This document shows, in pieces, positions 48,424 to 57,582 of a DNA stretch of 64,000 nucleotides. Within the stretch, counting starts at the first letter, position 1. Each line of letters begins with the position of its first letter. Source of the DNA: an uncultured delta proteobacterium (lineage in GTDB: Bacteria; Desulfobacterota; Syntrophia; Syntrophales; UBA2185); contig CAVSPA010000010.1 in the NCBI GenBank assembly GCA_963729715.1, forward strand, positions 96,001 to 160,000, read 5' to 3'. Made by a program: the position numbers and the translations under genes. The notes under the pieces were generated by a model. The model was not told where the DNA came from and searched no databases. It was given only the letters and a program-made list of their open reading frames with translations.

Positions 48424-48918
48424 ATGAGAAAAACAGCGATATGGATTATGGTAGTTGCAACAGCGCTTGCGATGAATATAATGTTTGCGCAGGCATCTCT
48501 GGCTCAGGGTGAAAAAGGGCAGGCGGCTGGGTCCGAATCCTCAGTTGGCCCATGGACTTTCTATATTCCGCCGCAGCTCGATACGGCGTTGACGGGAAAT
48601 GAAGCCATTGTGGTTGAATCCGGCAAGGTGAAGAAAGTTGGAAATATGCCGGGCATTAAAGATGGCCTGCAGATGGCATTCGTGACGGATCAGGGTAACA
48701 GTTATGTTGTCTATATGGGGCCTAAGTGGTTCATAAACAATCAGAAGCTGAAATTCGCGCCTGGCGATAAGGTTGAAGTAAGGGGTAAGAAGGTTGGCAG
48801 CGCTATTATTGCCACGGAAATAAGCAAGGGCGAGTGGACCATGAAGTTTCGTAATGAAGAAGACGGCATGCCAACCTGGGAATGCTGCTTCCCTCGCGAG
48901 GTGAAGAAATTGCAGTAG
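48424..48918 (+). CDS. Secreted OB-fold protein
   Basis: Signal peptide; V..GP.W.......F..GD.VEV.G...IA.EI.KG...R...G.P.W. Confidence 0.7.
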   Translation: MRKTAIWIMVVATALAMNIMFAQASLAQGEKGQAAGSESSVGPWTFYIPPQLDTALTGNEAIVVESGKVKKVGNMPGIKDGLQMAFVTDQGNSYVVYMGPKWFINNQKLKFAPGDKVEVRGKKVGSAIIATEISKGEWTMKFRNEEDGMPTWECCFPREVKKLQ

Positions 48919-49062
48919 AGGACGGGCGACCCACGACGACCCACCCAATTCTTGAGCCGTCTCTTGACTTGACAGGATCTGACTTGCATCCATCCCTCTT
49001 TTATACGGGGCACTGAATATTAGAAGATCTGACCTAGGGCTCGCGGAAACGCGTCACTTCTC

Positions 49063-49728
49063 TCATTGAATGAGTTTCTTGAGTTCCTTTTCGTCCAGAC
49101 GGAACTCCTTCGCCAGATGCTCGACCGTGGCGCCGGTCTGTTCCATTACTTCCAATATATATTCTTTTAGGCTTGTCTGTTTTTCGCAGTCATTAAAATA
49201 ATTCTTGAGCACAATAGCAAGCCCTTCGGATGGTATCGTATATCCTTTTTTTGTCGCCTCCCTTTCGCCTATGTCTTCCGGGATGCCAATAACCACAATT
49301 CTCTCATCAACGACGCTATAACGAATGCTATGGACCATAAGGCAGCTGCTGAAGCGGACCTCGGCTCCCGCTTTCGTGTATTGAACGCCGATCTGCAGGC
49401 GGTCCGGGAACTTCGGCAGAAGGTATTTGACGCTCACCCCTTTCCTCGTCATGTCATCGATAGCATCCGCAATATGCCTGGTCATCTGCATATCGTCAGC
49501 GGAAGGGGGCGTGCCGGTAATGCATCCGATTATCTCCTGCTTCGCATCAAGCATGGCGTTCATGATGGAGAAGAAGTATTCCTGACGCGTGAGGACTCTT
49601 GTAGCCCTCCCGACTTCCTTGAGCAGGGCGTCTCTTCGTTTTCCCTCGTGAATCCCATAAATCAGAAGTATGATGGTGGCGACAAGCAACACAGACTCAA
49701 GCAACAGCAGCCCGAATTCGAGAGTCAT
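49063..49728 (-). CDS. Hypothetical protein (N-terminal TM, TrmB/PLD-like fold possible)
   Basis: Last gene of the fdh operon; GV.VKYL and VVD.R.V.IG patterns. Confidence 0.55.
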   Translation of the reverse strand: MTLEFGLLLLESVLLVATIILLIYGIHEGKRRDALLKEVGRATRVLTRQEYFFSIMNAMLDAKQEIIGCITGTPPSADDMQMTRHIADAIDDMTRKGVSVKYLLPKFPDRLQIGVQYTKAGAEVRFSSCLMVHSIRYSVVDERIVVIGIPEDIGEREATKKGYTIPSEGLAIVLKNYFNDCEKQTSLKEYILEVMEQTGATVEHLAKEFRLDEKELKKLIQ

Positions 49729-49730
49729 GA

Positions 49731-50711
49731 TCAGGCCTCCGCCTTTTCGCCTTTCTCATGTATCTTTTCTTCATACCAGAGGTCGCTGTGTTGCTGTGCC
49801 CAGGCGGCATCCACATAACCCGTCCACATGCCTTCAAAAGCGCCCTCGACTCCCAGGGTTCCCATATAAATATGTCCGAAGGAAGCGGTGACGAACAGAA
49901 CGGCCGCCATTGCATGGATCGTGTGAGATACTTGCATGGTGAAGCGGGTCTGCCCCCAGATGGGGAAGTCCAGCAGAACGCCGGTTACACCGACGGCGAT
50001 CCCCAAAATGAATATGAGCCAGAACCAGCCCTTTTCGCCGCCATTGATCTTTCCCGTATGCGGCCGCGGTCCGCTGCCGAGCATGCCTCCCATGCTCTTG
50101 AACCATTCGAGATCCATCTTTCTGGGGATGTTGTAGCGCACCCAGAAAATGAATTCCAAGAAGATACCGATAAGAAGCAGAGGTCCGCAATAATTGTGGA
50201 GCACCTTTGACGCCGAAAGATATGCCGAATCGGCCCAATGGCCAAAAACCGGTATCAGCGCGATCCGCCCCAGAAGAAGGCTGAGTCCCGTGATGGCCAT
50301 GATGATGAAAAGCACTGCCGTATACCAGTGGAGAATCCGCTCCCATGGCTGGTAACGCTCAATCTGTACCCCTGACCGCGGTTTCTCCAATTTGTCAGGA
50401 CCGACACGCATGTAGAACAGGCTCATGATCACCAACGCGACGGCGATGATCCACTGGGAGAATGGCATGAGGAAGCCGTTGCGAAACTCGCGCCAGTTCT
50501 CTCCACTGTTGACAATCAAGATCTTATGGCCGGCGGTTGAGACCTTCGTGAAGCCCGGCAAACCTTCCCTGAGCACGCGCCAGAAGTTGGCCCGCGGATT
50601 GCTGACATCGGCGCCCACGGCCTGCCAGTAAAAAATTCCGGTCATCAGGAAAATAAGCAGCGTGCCCAGAGCAAATAAGCTGACGGTCCGTTTTACGGTT
50701 CGCGTTGCCAT
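49731..50711 (-). CDS. Formate dehydrogenase cytochrome b (gamma) subunit
   Basis: ERILHW..A..F...A.TGL, HN..G, K.NGGEK.WFW and H..HIYMG...EGA. Confidence 0.92.
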   Translation of the reverse strand: MATRTVKRTVSLFALGTLLIFLMTGIFYWQAVGADVSNPRANFWRVLREGLPGFTKVSTAGHKILIVNSGENWREFRNGFLMPFSQWIIAVALVIMSLFYMRVGPDKLEKPRSGVQIERYQPWERILHWYTAVLFIIMAITGLSLLLGRIALIPVFGHWADSAYLSASKVLHNYCGPLLLIGIFLEFIFWVRYNIPRKMDLEWFKSMGGMLGSGPRPHTGKINGGEKGWFWLIFILGIAVGVTGVLLDFPIWGQTRFTMQVSHTIHAMAAVLFVTASFGHIYMGTLGVEGAFEGMWTGYVDAAWAQQHSDLWYEEKIHEKGEKAEA

Positions 50712-50725
50712 AATTCCTCCTATTT

Positions 50726-50914
50726 TCAGCGATCGGTTTGCACCAGCTTAAGGCGATCGATCAACTCCTGCTGATTCTTTAATGCCAGCAGGGGATCCTT
50801 CGCGCCCTTATATACGCCGGGTTCATGCATTGTTATTTTTCGGGACTCGGAAGAACAGCCGGCAAGCCCCGCAAGAAAGGCAAACGCTGCCAACACAAAC
50901 AATATGCGTTTCAT
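50726..50914 (-). CDS. Small lipoprotein of the fdh operon
   Basis: Lipobox LAGC; G.YKG..D. Confidence 0.75.
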   Translation of the reverse strand: MKRILFVLAAFAFLAGLAGCSSESRKITMHEPGVYKGAKDPLLALKNQQELIDRLKLVQTDR

Positions 50915-51519
50915 GGCTTCTTCTCCTTCTCGGATTTAAAATTGTAAGCCGTATTCCATCCCCAGGTATCGGGCCTGCTGCCCCGTTTGACCACGCGTTG
51001 GATATAGATATCGGAAACGACATCGCCGTCTCCGCCTAAGAGTGCCTTGGTAGCGCACATCTCCGCGCACAAGGGCAGTTTGCCTTCGGCGATCCGGTTC
51101 CGCCCGTACAGTTTGTACTCTTCGACAGACCCATCCGGCAGAGGCCCGCCGGCGCAGAAGGTGCACTTGTCCATCTTCCCCCGGGCGGCGAAAGAGTTCT
51201 CTTCCGGGAACTGCGGTGCGCCGAAAGGACAGGCGTAGAAGCAATAGCCGCAGCCGATGCATAGGTCCTTGTCGTGGAGCACGATGCCCTCAGGAGTAAA
51301 ATAAAAGCAATCGACGGGACAGACGGCCGCGCACGGCGCATCCGTACAGTGCATGCAGGCCACGGAAATGGACTTCTCACCGGACACGCCGTCATTCATC
51401 GTTACCACGTGCCTGCGGTTTATGCCCCAGGGGACATCGTGTTCATTATTACATGCCGTCACGCAGGCATTGCAATCAATGCACCGTTCTGCATCACAGA
51501 GAAATTTCATCCTTGCCAT
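50911..51519 (-). CDS. Formate dehydrogenase Fe-S (beta) subunit
   Basis: MARMKFLCDAERCI.C..C..AC and four Fe-S cysteine motifs; GGAGG RBS before 51519. Confidence 0.95.
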   Translation of the reverse strand: MARMKFLCDAERCIDCNACVTACNNEHDVPWGINRRHVVTMNDGVSGEKSISVACMHCTDAPCAAVCPVDCFYFTPEGIVLHDKDLCIGCGYCFYACPFGAPQFPEENSFAARGKMDKCTFCAGGPLPDGSVEEYKLYGRNRIAEGKLPLCAEMCATKALLGGDGDVVSDIYIQRVVKRGSRPDTWGWNTAYNFKSEKEKKP

Positions 51520-51533
51520 GATTCGCCTCCTTC

Positions 51534-54446
51534 TTATGCCGGTGTGATCCGGCAGAGCGTTGCTTTCGTTTCCTGCATCTGGGTCACAGAATCGTATCCA
51601 TAGGTGGTGGCTGTGTTGCATGCTTCACCCCGGACATAGGGCGCCGTCCCTTCGGGGTAGCGGTCATAGAGATCCTTGCCCTGGAACCAGCCGCCGAAAT
51701 GGAATGGCGTGAAGACTGTGCCGGGCCCCACCCTTTTGGTGACCAAGGCCCGCACCTTGATCTTACCCCCTTCGGCACCCTCCAGCCAGATATACTGACC
51801 ATCGAAGATGCCTGCATCTGCCGCGTCTTTCGGGTTTACTTCCGCAAACATCTCCGGCCGCAGTTTGGCCAGCCACGGGTCAGAGCGTTCCTCCTCGCCG
51901 CCGCCTTCGTATTCAACCAGGCGGCCGCTCGTGAAAATCAGAGGATATTGTGAGCTGTGGTTTACCGACTGAATCGATTGGTAGCGGGTGGGCAGCCGCC
52001 AGTATGCCTTACGGTCCGGATAGGTCGGATATTTTTTCACCAAATCAAATCTGGGCGTGTACAGAGGCTCGCGATGGAGGGGAACGGGATCGGGATATGT
52101 CCAGACGTTGCAGCGGGCTCTACCGTTGCCAAAAGGGGCGCACCCGTGTTTGATGACCACCCGCTGGATGCCGCCGGAGAGATCCGTTTTCCAGCTCTTC
52201 CCTTCCGCCGCCTTCTTCTCGTCAGTGGTCAGTTCATCCCACCAGCCGAGCGTCTTCAGAATGTCAGAGGTAAATTCCGGATAGCCTGTCTTGATGTCCG
52301 AACCTTTTGCATAAATGCCGTCCGCAGCCAGCAGACTTACGCCGTTGTGATCGGCACCCCATGCGGCCCTGAAGACCAAGCCGCCCTCTGCCACAGGTTT
52401 GCTTGGGTCGTACAATATGGGCGTACCCGGATGCTTCATCTCCGGCTTACCCCAGCAGGGCCACGGCAGACCGTAATAATCGCCATTGCAGGGACCGCCC
52501 TCGGCCCTTAGGGTAAGAGTATTGAAGGTGCCGCGGTGTTTTGCGTGCAGCTTGAGGCGCTCGGGGCTCTGGCCCGTATAGCCGATCGTCCAAGCGCCGC
52601 GGTTGATTTCACGCAGGACGTCTTCGATCAACGGCTCGTCATTCGTGACTTTGATGTTTTTGAACATCTCCTTTTCGAAGCCCAGCTTCTTTGCCAACTT
52701 GCATAAGATGGTGTGGTCCGGCAGGGATTCATAGAGCGGTTCGATGATCTTCTCGCGCCACTGCAGGGCACGGTTCGATGCAGTGGCCGAGCCATAGGTC
52801 TCATACTGTGTGCACGTGGGAAGCAGATAGGTATCATTCTTCCTGTCGCTCATTACGGCCATGTGCGTAGGATGGGGATCGGAGATAACGACCATATCAA
52901 GCTTTTCGAGAGCCTGTTTCATATGCACGCCGCGCGTCTGGCTGTTACAGGCATGGCCCTGGAAGAAGACGGCCCGGATATTGTCCTTCTGTGAAATGTT
53001 TTTTTTGTCCTCCATCACACCGTCGATCCAGCGTGAAACGGGGATGCCGGGCATGTTCATGGTGTACTGCATGTTGCCGCCCCCGGCATCGTACTGCCGG
53101 CTCATATCAAAGCGGGATTTAATCCATTCGTAATCGACACCCCAGACTCCGGCCCAGTGTTTCCAGGAGCCCTCGGCAAGGCCATAGTAGCAGGAAAGGG
53201 TGTGGCAATTGGGTCCGACGTCGGTTGCTCCCTGGACGTTGTCATGGCCGCGGAAGATATTGGCGCCGCCACCTGATATACCGATGTTCCCGAGGGCAAG
53301 CTGCAAGATGCAGAACAGCCGCACTGTATGACTGGCTATGTGATGCTGGGTAACGCCCATACACCAGACGATAGTGCTCGGCCGGTTTTTCGCCATGGTC
53401 TTAGCGATCTCATATACCTTGTCCTTAGGAATGCCGGAGACGTTTTCAACCTCTTCGGGCGGCCATTTTTCCACTTCCTTCCGGATGTCGTCCATGGCAT
53501 AAACCCGCCGGGCGATATAGTCCTTGTCTTCCCAGCCGTTCTTGAAGACGTGCCAGAGCAGACCGTAAATGAACGGGATATCAGTACCGGACCGGATTCT
53601 CGCGTAAATGTCTGCGTGGGCCGCAGTGCGGGTGAAGCGGGGGTCCACGACGATCATCTTCGATCCGCCCTCTTTAGCTCGGAGAATTTGCAGCATGGCA
53701 ACCGGGTGGGCCTCGGCCGCATTGCTGCCAAGGAACAGCATGGCCTTGCTGTTTCGCATGTCGTTGTAGGAATTCGTCATGGCGCCGTAGCCCCAGGTGT
53801 TTGCCACACCGTCCACGGTGGTGGAATGGCAGATGCGCGCCTGGTTGTCCACATTGTTTGTGCCCCAGAGGGCGGCGAATTTCCCCTGCAGATAGGCTCC
53901 CTCGTTGCTTGCCTTGGAGGACCCGCAGAAGAAGAGCGCATCCGGTCCGGACTCCTGCCGGATCTTCAAGAGGCGGTCGCCGATCTCACCTATCGCCTGA
54001 TCCCAGGAGAGGCGCGTCCAGGCGCCGTTTACCAGTTTCATGGGATACTTCACGCGCCTGTGGCCGAAACCGTGGCTTCGGGCCGCAGCTCCTTTTGCAC
54101 AGTGGCCGCCGAGGTTGAAAGGTGACTCGTAATCCGGCTCCTGCCCGACCCAGATCCCATTCTGCAGCTCGGCGATGATGCCGCATCCGACGGAGCAATG
54201 GGTGCAGATCGTCCGCCGGTATTCCGTTTGCAGGTCAGGCCTCGGGAAATTTCTCTTTTCCTCCGTCGTGGCTTGACGCATGCATGATAACGGCAGCAGA
54301 CCAATCAGGGCGCCGCTTCCCAGCGCTGCGCCGCTTATTTTCATAAACGTCCTACGGTCAATGTATTTGGGAGTGGCAGGTTCAGAGGATGTCCTTCGCA
54401 GCCATTTTTTATTGAATTGTCTCATGCGTGCATACCTCCATAACAT
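51534..54446 (-). CDS. Formate dehydrogenase alpha subunit (Mo/W-bis-PGD, Cys type, Tat)
   Basis: DRRTFMK Tat motif, CTHCSVGC...C, QARICHSTT, RGHDNVQG and SGRLVEYEGGG. Confidence 0.95.
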   Translation of the reverse strand: MLWRYARMRQFNKKWLRRTSSEPATPKYIDRRTFMKISGAALGSGALIGLLPLSCMRQATTEEKRNFPRPDLQTEYRRTICTHCSVGCGIIAELQNGIWVGQEPDYESPFNLGGHCAKGAAARSHGFGHRRVKYPMKLVNGAWTRLSWDQAIGEIGDRLLKIRQESGPDALFFCGSSKASNEGAYLQGKFAALWGTNNVDNQARICHSTTVDGVANTWGYGAMTNSYNDMRNSKAMLFLGSNAAEAHPVAMLQILRAKEGGSKMIVVDPRFTRTAAHADIYARIRSGTDIPFIYGLLWHVFKNGWEDKDYIARRVYAMDDIRKEVEKWPPEEVENVSGIPKDKVYEIAKTMAKNRPSTIVWCMGVTQHHIASHTVRLFCILQLALGNIGISGGGANIFRGHDNVQGATDVGPNCHTLSCYYGLAEGSWKHWAGVWGVDYEWIKSRFDMSRQYDAGGGNMQYTMNMPGIPVSRWIDGVMEDKKNISQKDNIRAVFFQGHACNSQTRGVHMKQALEKLDMVVISDPHPTHMAVMSDRKNDTYLLPTCTQYETYGSATASNRALQWREKIIEPLYESLPDHTILCKLAKKLGFEKEMFKNIKVTNDEPLIEDVLREINRGAWTIGYTGQSPERLKLHAKHRGTFNTLTLRAEGGPCNGDYYGLPWPCWGKPEMKHPGTPILYDPSKPVAEGGLVFRAAWGADHNGVSLLAADGIYAKGSDIKTGYPEFTSDILKTLGWWDELTTDEKKAAEGKSWKTDLSGGIQRVVIKHGCAPFGNGRARCNVWTYPDPVPLHREPLYTPRFDLVKKYPTYPDRKAYWRLPTRYQSIQSVNHSSQYPLIFTSGRLVEYEGGGEEERSDPWLAKLRPEMFAEVNPKDAADAGIFDGQYIWLEGAEGGKIKVRALVTKRVGPGTVFTPFHFGGWFQGKDLYDRYPEGTAPYVRGEACNTATTYGYDSVTQMQETKATLCRITPA

Positions 54447-54458
54447 TCTGTCGGTCCG

Positions 54459-54653
54459 TTACATCCTTGCCGTCTCATAATATTTTCTTATATGATCCGT
54501 TAATCGATAACCTTTGCCTGGTTCTTCCTGCGGCAGGGGCTGTTTTGTCTTTGCTGTCGTTGGCCTGAGACGGCCAAGCAAAGCGGCAAGTCCGCTTGCG
54601 ATTGCCGCGCTCTTGATAAATTTCCGCCGGTCGCACGTAGTTTCCATTTTCAT
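54459..54653 (-). CDS. Small Tat-signal protein of the FDH region
   Basis: DRRKFIK and GYRLTDHIRKYYETAR. Confidence 0.85.
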   Translation of the reverse strand: MKMETTCDRRKFIKSAAIASGLAALLGRLRPTTAKTKQPLPQEEPGKGYRLTDHIRKYYETARM

Positions 54654-55309
54654 CTTCTTTTCCTCCTTCGTTTATGGGGTGTTGAGCCTTTAGCACTGCA
54701 TTTCAAGTATTCTCTTTCGGATTCGAGAAAACAGCTGCCGAGTGAGCCGACCGCGCGGTAAAATCCGGCGCTCTTTGCGGACTCCAAGTCCTTGAAGAAG
54801 GCCGTCATCCACGATGCTATATGCTGCCTGAAGAATTCCGCCTGCGTTTCGTAGGGCACATTATTCTGCTTCTCGGAGATGAGCGCCATTATTTCGCAGA
54901 GCGCACCGGCATGATCTTCCGAATCATGGTTGTCCGCCTGCCGTACGATGCCCAGACGAAACAAGTCGGACCGCAAGGATGCCAATGGCAGGGACTGAAT
55001 CATTCTTTCCCTGTACCACGATGCGTATGGAATGACCTCGCCGCATCCCATGCCTACGAAGAGCCTGTTATATTCATTTCCCACAACGTCGGGCTGATAG
55101 TCGCGGCTGGCGAGGCGCAGCGCGCCGAGGGCTTTGTGCACCGTTTGGGAGATGTCCTCATCCCATTCCAGGTGTCGCAACACATTCAGATGTTCTCCCG
55201 AGGGTGGACTTACCAGAAGCGCAGCCAGTGTAACGTAAATGTCTGTGCGGATGTTTGCGTGCGAGACGAACCATCCTGACGCATCCGCGTTCATCATTAC
55301 CGATTCCAT
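54650..55309 (-). CDS. TorD/DmsD-family molybdoenzyme chaperone
   Basis: EY..LF.G.G...PYASWY and EDH...LCE.M. Confidence 0.9.
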   Translation of the reverse strand: MESVMMNADASGWFVSHANIRTDIYVTLAALLVSPPSGEHLNVLRHLEWDEDISQTVHKALGALRLASRDYQPDVVGNEYNRLFVGMGCGEVIPYASWYRERMIQSLPLASLRSDLFRLGIVRQADNHDSEDHAGALCEIMALISEKQNNVPYETQAEFFRQHIASWMTAFFKDLESAKSAGFYRAVGSLGSCFLESEREYLKCSAKGSTPHKRRRKRR

Positions 55310-57210
55310 GATTTCATATCCTCAGACATAAGGGCATCACGGGTGCGGCAGACGCGGCACATCTGCAACCGGCGCAATTGCCGTTCGTTCGCATACATCC
55401 AGTGGCCCTTGAGTCTTTCTTGCATGCGGTTTACCATGCCCTTCGAAGCGAAAGGGGAATCGCATTTGATACAACGGAACGCATCTGCCTCATGCAGCAC
55501 TATCCGCACCTCAGGCACTTCGGGGTCGCACAGCATCCTTGTCTGTAGTTGAATCGCGTGCTCAGGGCATGTTTCCTCGCACAATCCGCATTGATGGCAG
55601 CATGATTCGAGAAACAGAAGCCGCGGCAGATTGCCGCCTGCGGTTAGCGCCCCTGAAGGACAGGCGGTTGCACACGCCATGCACAACGTACAGGCGTTGT
55701 GGTCTACGGCCACGGCGCCGAACGGAGAGCCCGCCGGCAGTATGAGCCACGGTCGTCTGGCGCCGGATTCGTCATAAAGATGCTGCACTGCTAGGCGGAC
55801 GCGCTCTCGCCTGTGGTGCACATAAGAAGCTGCCAATGGCTGCATCGGAAAATTGCGAAATTGCACATCAGGAAAGTCCGTCCTTAATACGTCCTTCATA
55901 TAATCATCATCCTCTTGAGGAATGACGACAAACCTGACCTTGCTTTCAGGCAGGTCGAGCCCTTTCAGTATAGCGCGGGCCAATTGCGCCTGCCATGCCA
56001 CGGCCTCCCTGATCTTGGGCGGGTTCTGCTCTTCGCAGGCAATCACAACCTTGTGGGCGCCATAAGAGAGGGCAGCGAGGATTACATCCAGTCCTATGTA
56101 GCCGATTTCGTCCACCTCGAAAGTGACCACGCTGTCATTCTGCATGTTGCGCTCCGCGTTTTGCGAGTCAGAGATAACTAGGGTGTGGGGGAAAATAGAG
56201 TTTGCCTTGCGGTTCTCAAGGGAGCGCTGCAAGGTATCGAGAAGTTCCACCTGAGAAGGGTGCACCATACGAATCGCGTCCGCAGGGCAGACCAAGGCGC
56301 AGCCGCCGCATCCCTGACATAGGTAATGATTGACGGAAATTTCCCGCCCATCCGTCTGGATCGCACCAAGGGGACAAACCTCCGTGCACCGGCGACAGTT
56401 GCGCGTGCGCGACAGTCCATGAAGACAGCGGCTTTTCTGAAAGATCATAAATTGCGGTTTTTCAAATCGGCCTCGCATCTCCGGAAGCTCAGCCAGTACT
56501 TCATTGAGATCCTCTGGATTCTGCCCGGGCACGTAGTATCCCATAGGCAGACTATCTCCCGAAAAAGACGGAGTGGGCTGAAGATCAAGGACAAGGTCAA
56601 ATCCTTCCGTCAGATACGTTTGATCCCCCTTAGCGGTCACCGTTGCGGAAAAACCGCCGAATGCTCCGGTAATCGAAATGCGATCTGCCTCGAGAAGCGC
56701 GGGTCGACTGAGCCTGGGGAAAGATGCATCTTTCGACGTCTTTTCCGTCACCACCAGGGTGCAGGTCAAGAGTTGATCAGTGAGTATTTTGCCGCAGGCG
56801 ACGGCACGATCGGCATCCGTATCGATGATCAACGTTCGCCCTTGGGATACCACTGTCAAAGGTGGCAAGTGTTCGACAGGCTCAGGCTCATCGCTTTCTA
56901 TCTCTATTTGTTTTCCATTCGAAGTCACCGCCTCATCTACAGAAGAGTCAATGCAGCCCTCCTCGCGCAGGCGGCCCATCTGATGGCGCATGTCTGCGGT
57001 AATAATGCCGTCGAGTGGCTCGAAGAATCGGTAGTTTCCGGAACAGTCGTTCAGATCGTCGGTGCGGTTGAACTCTGCGGAATGGAAGTCTATTGTTGCG
57101 CCATTAGCAGCACGATAAACGGAAGGCGCTGACACCCCGGTCATTTCGGTTGTGGAGCAGAGGTCAGAATTTTCCGATGGTATGCTTGCCGATTCCTTTT
57201 CCTTTTTCAT
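55297..57210 (-). CDS. Multi-4Fe-4S protein associated with FDH
   Basis: Several CxxCxxCxxxCP motifs; DLVLDL and PFG.V.V...CTLC.AC. Confidence 0.88.
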   Translation of the reverse strand: MKKEKESASIPSENSDLCSTTEMTGVSAPSVYRAANGATIDFHSAEFNRTDDLNDCSGNYRFFEPLDGIITADMRHQMGRLREEGCIDSSVDEAVTSNGKQIEIESDEPEPVEHLPPLTVVSQGRTLIIDTDADRAVACGKILTDQLLTCTLVVTEKTSKDASFPRLSRPALLEADRISITGAFGGFSATVTAKGDQTYLTEGFDLVLDLQPTPSFSGDSLPMGYYVPGQNPEDLNEVLAELPEMRGRFEKPQFMIFQKSRCLHGLSRTRNCRRCTEVCPLGAIQTDGREISVNHYLCQGCGGCALVCPADAIRMVHPSQVELLDTLQRSLENRKANSIFPHTLVISDSQNAERNMQNDSVVTFEVDEIGYIGLDVILAALSYGAHKVVIACEEQNPPKIREAVAWQAQLARAILKGLDLPESKVRFVVIPQEDDDYMKDVLRTDFPDVQFRNFPMQPLAASYVHHRRERVRLAVQHLYDESGARRPWLILPAGSPFGAVAVDHNACTLCMACATACPSGALTAGGNLPRLLFLESCCHQCGLCEETCPEHAIQLQTRMLCDPEVPEVRIVLHEADAFRCIKCDSPFASKGMVNRMQERLKGHWMYANERQLRRLQMCRVCRTRDALMSEDMKSWNR

Positions 57211-57582
57211 AAGATGATCCTTAGCAGGGGAATTTGATTTATTCTATTACTGTAAATGATCATCCACTCAGCGATGTCTCAGTATTTAATAGAAACCAAT
57301 CGGACATTTCTTGTCTACGCTAACGGTTCTTATACGGGCAGTCTATAAGGGTGTGGTAGATTTATGTTGGGGGGGAAATCTTATTTATTGCTCATCCTAT
57401 GGATGAACGAAAGCAGCAAGATGACGATAAGATATATAGCGTATGGGGATTAAATTTCATCTTTACAGGAACAATCTGTTTTGGGAAAAAAGAAAAGCGT
57501 GAAGAAAGAAAATTATTCGAGAATATTAAACTTTGAGCAAGTAATGTCAATCCCAGGCGGATAAAACTCTCCGGTCATTCTT

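Noticed and set aside
48424..48918. Magnetosome gene (MamS/MamX-like OB fold)
   Set aside because: No other mam genes are nearby, and a lone secreted OB-fold protein is not evidence of magnetotaxis.
48919..49050. REP-like fragments (GGGCGACCCAC, GATCTGAC twice)
   Set aside because: Too degenerate and short to support a call.
51534..54446. Selenocysteine FDH or SECIS element
   Set aside because: The ORF is uninterrupted and has cysteine at the active-site position.
53328..57132. Long plus-strand ORFs (53328..54125 and 56326..57132)
   Set aside because: Antisense shadows of well-supported GC-rich genes.
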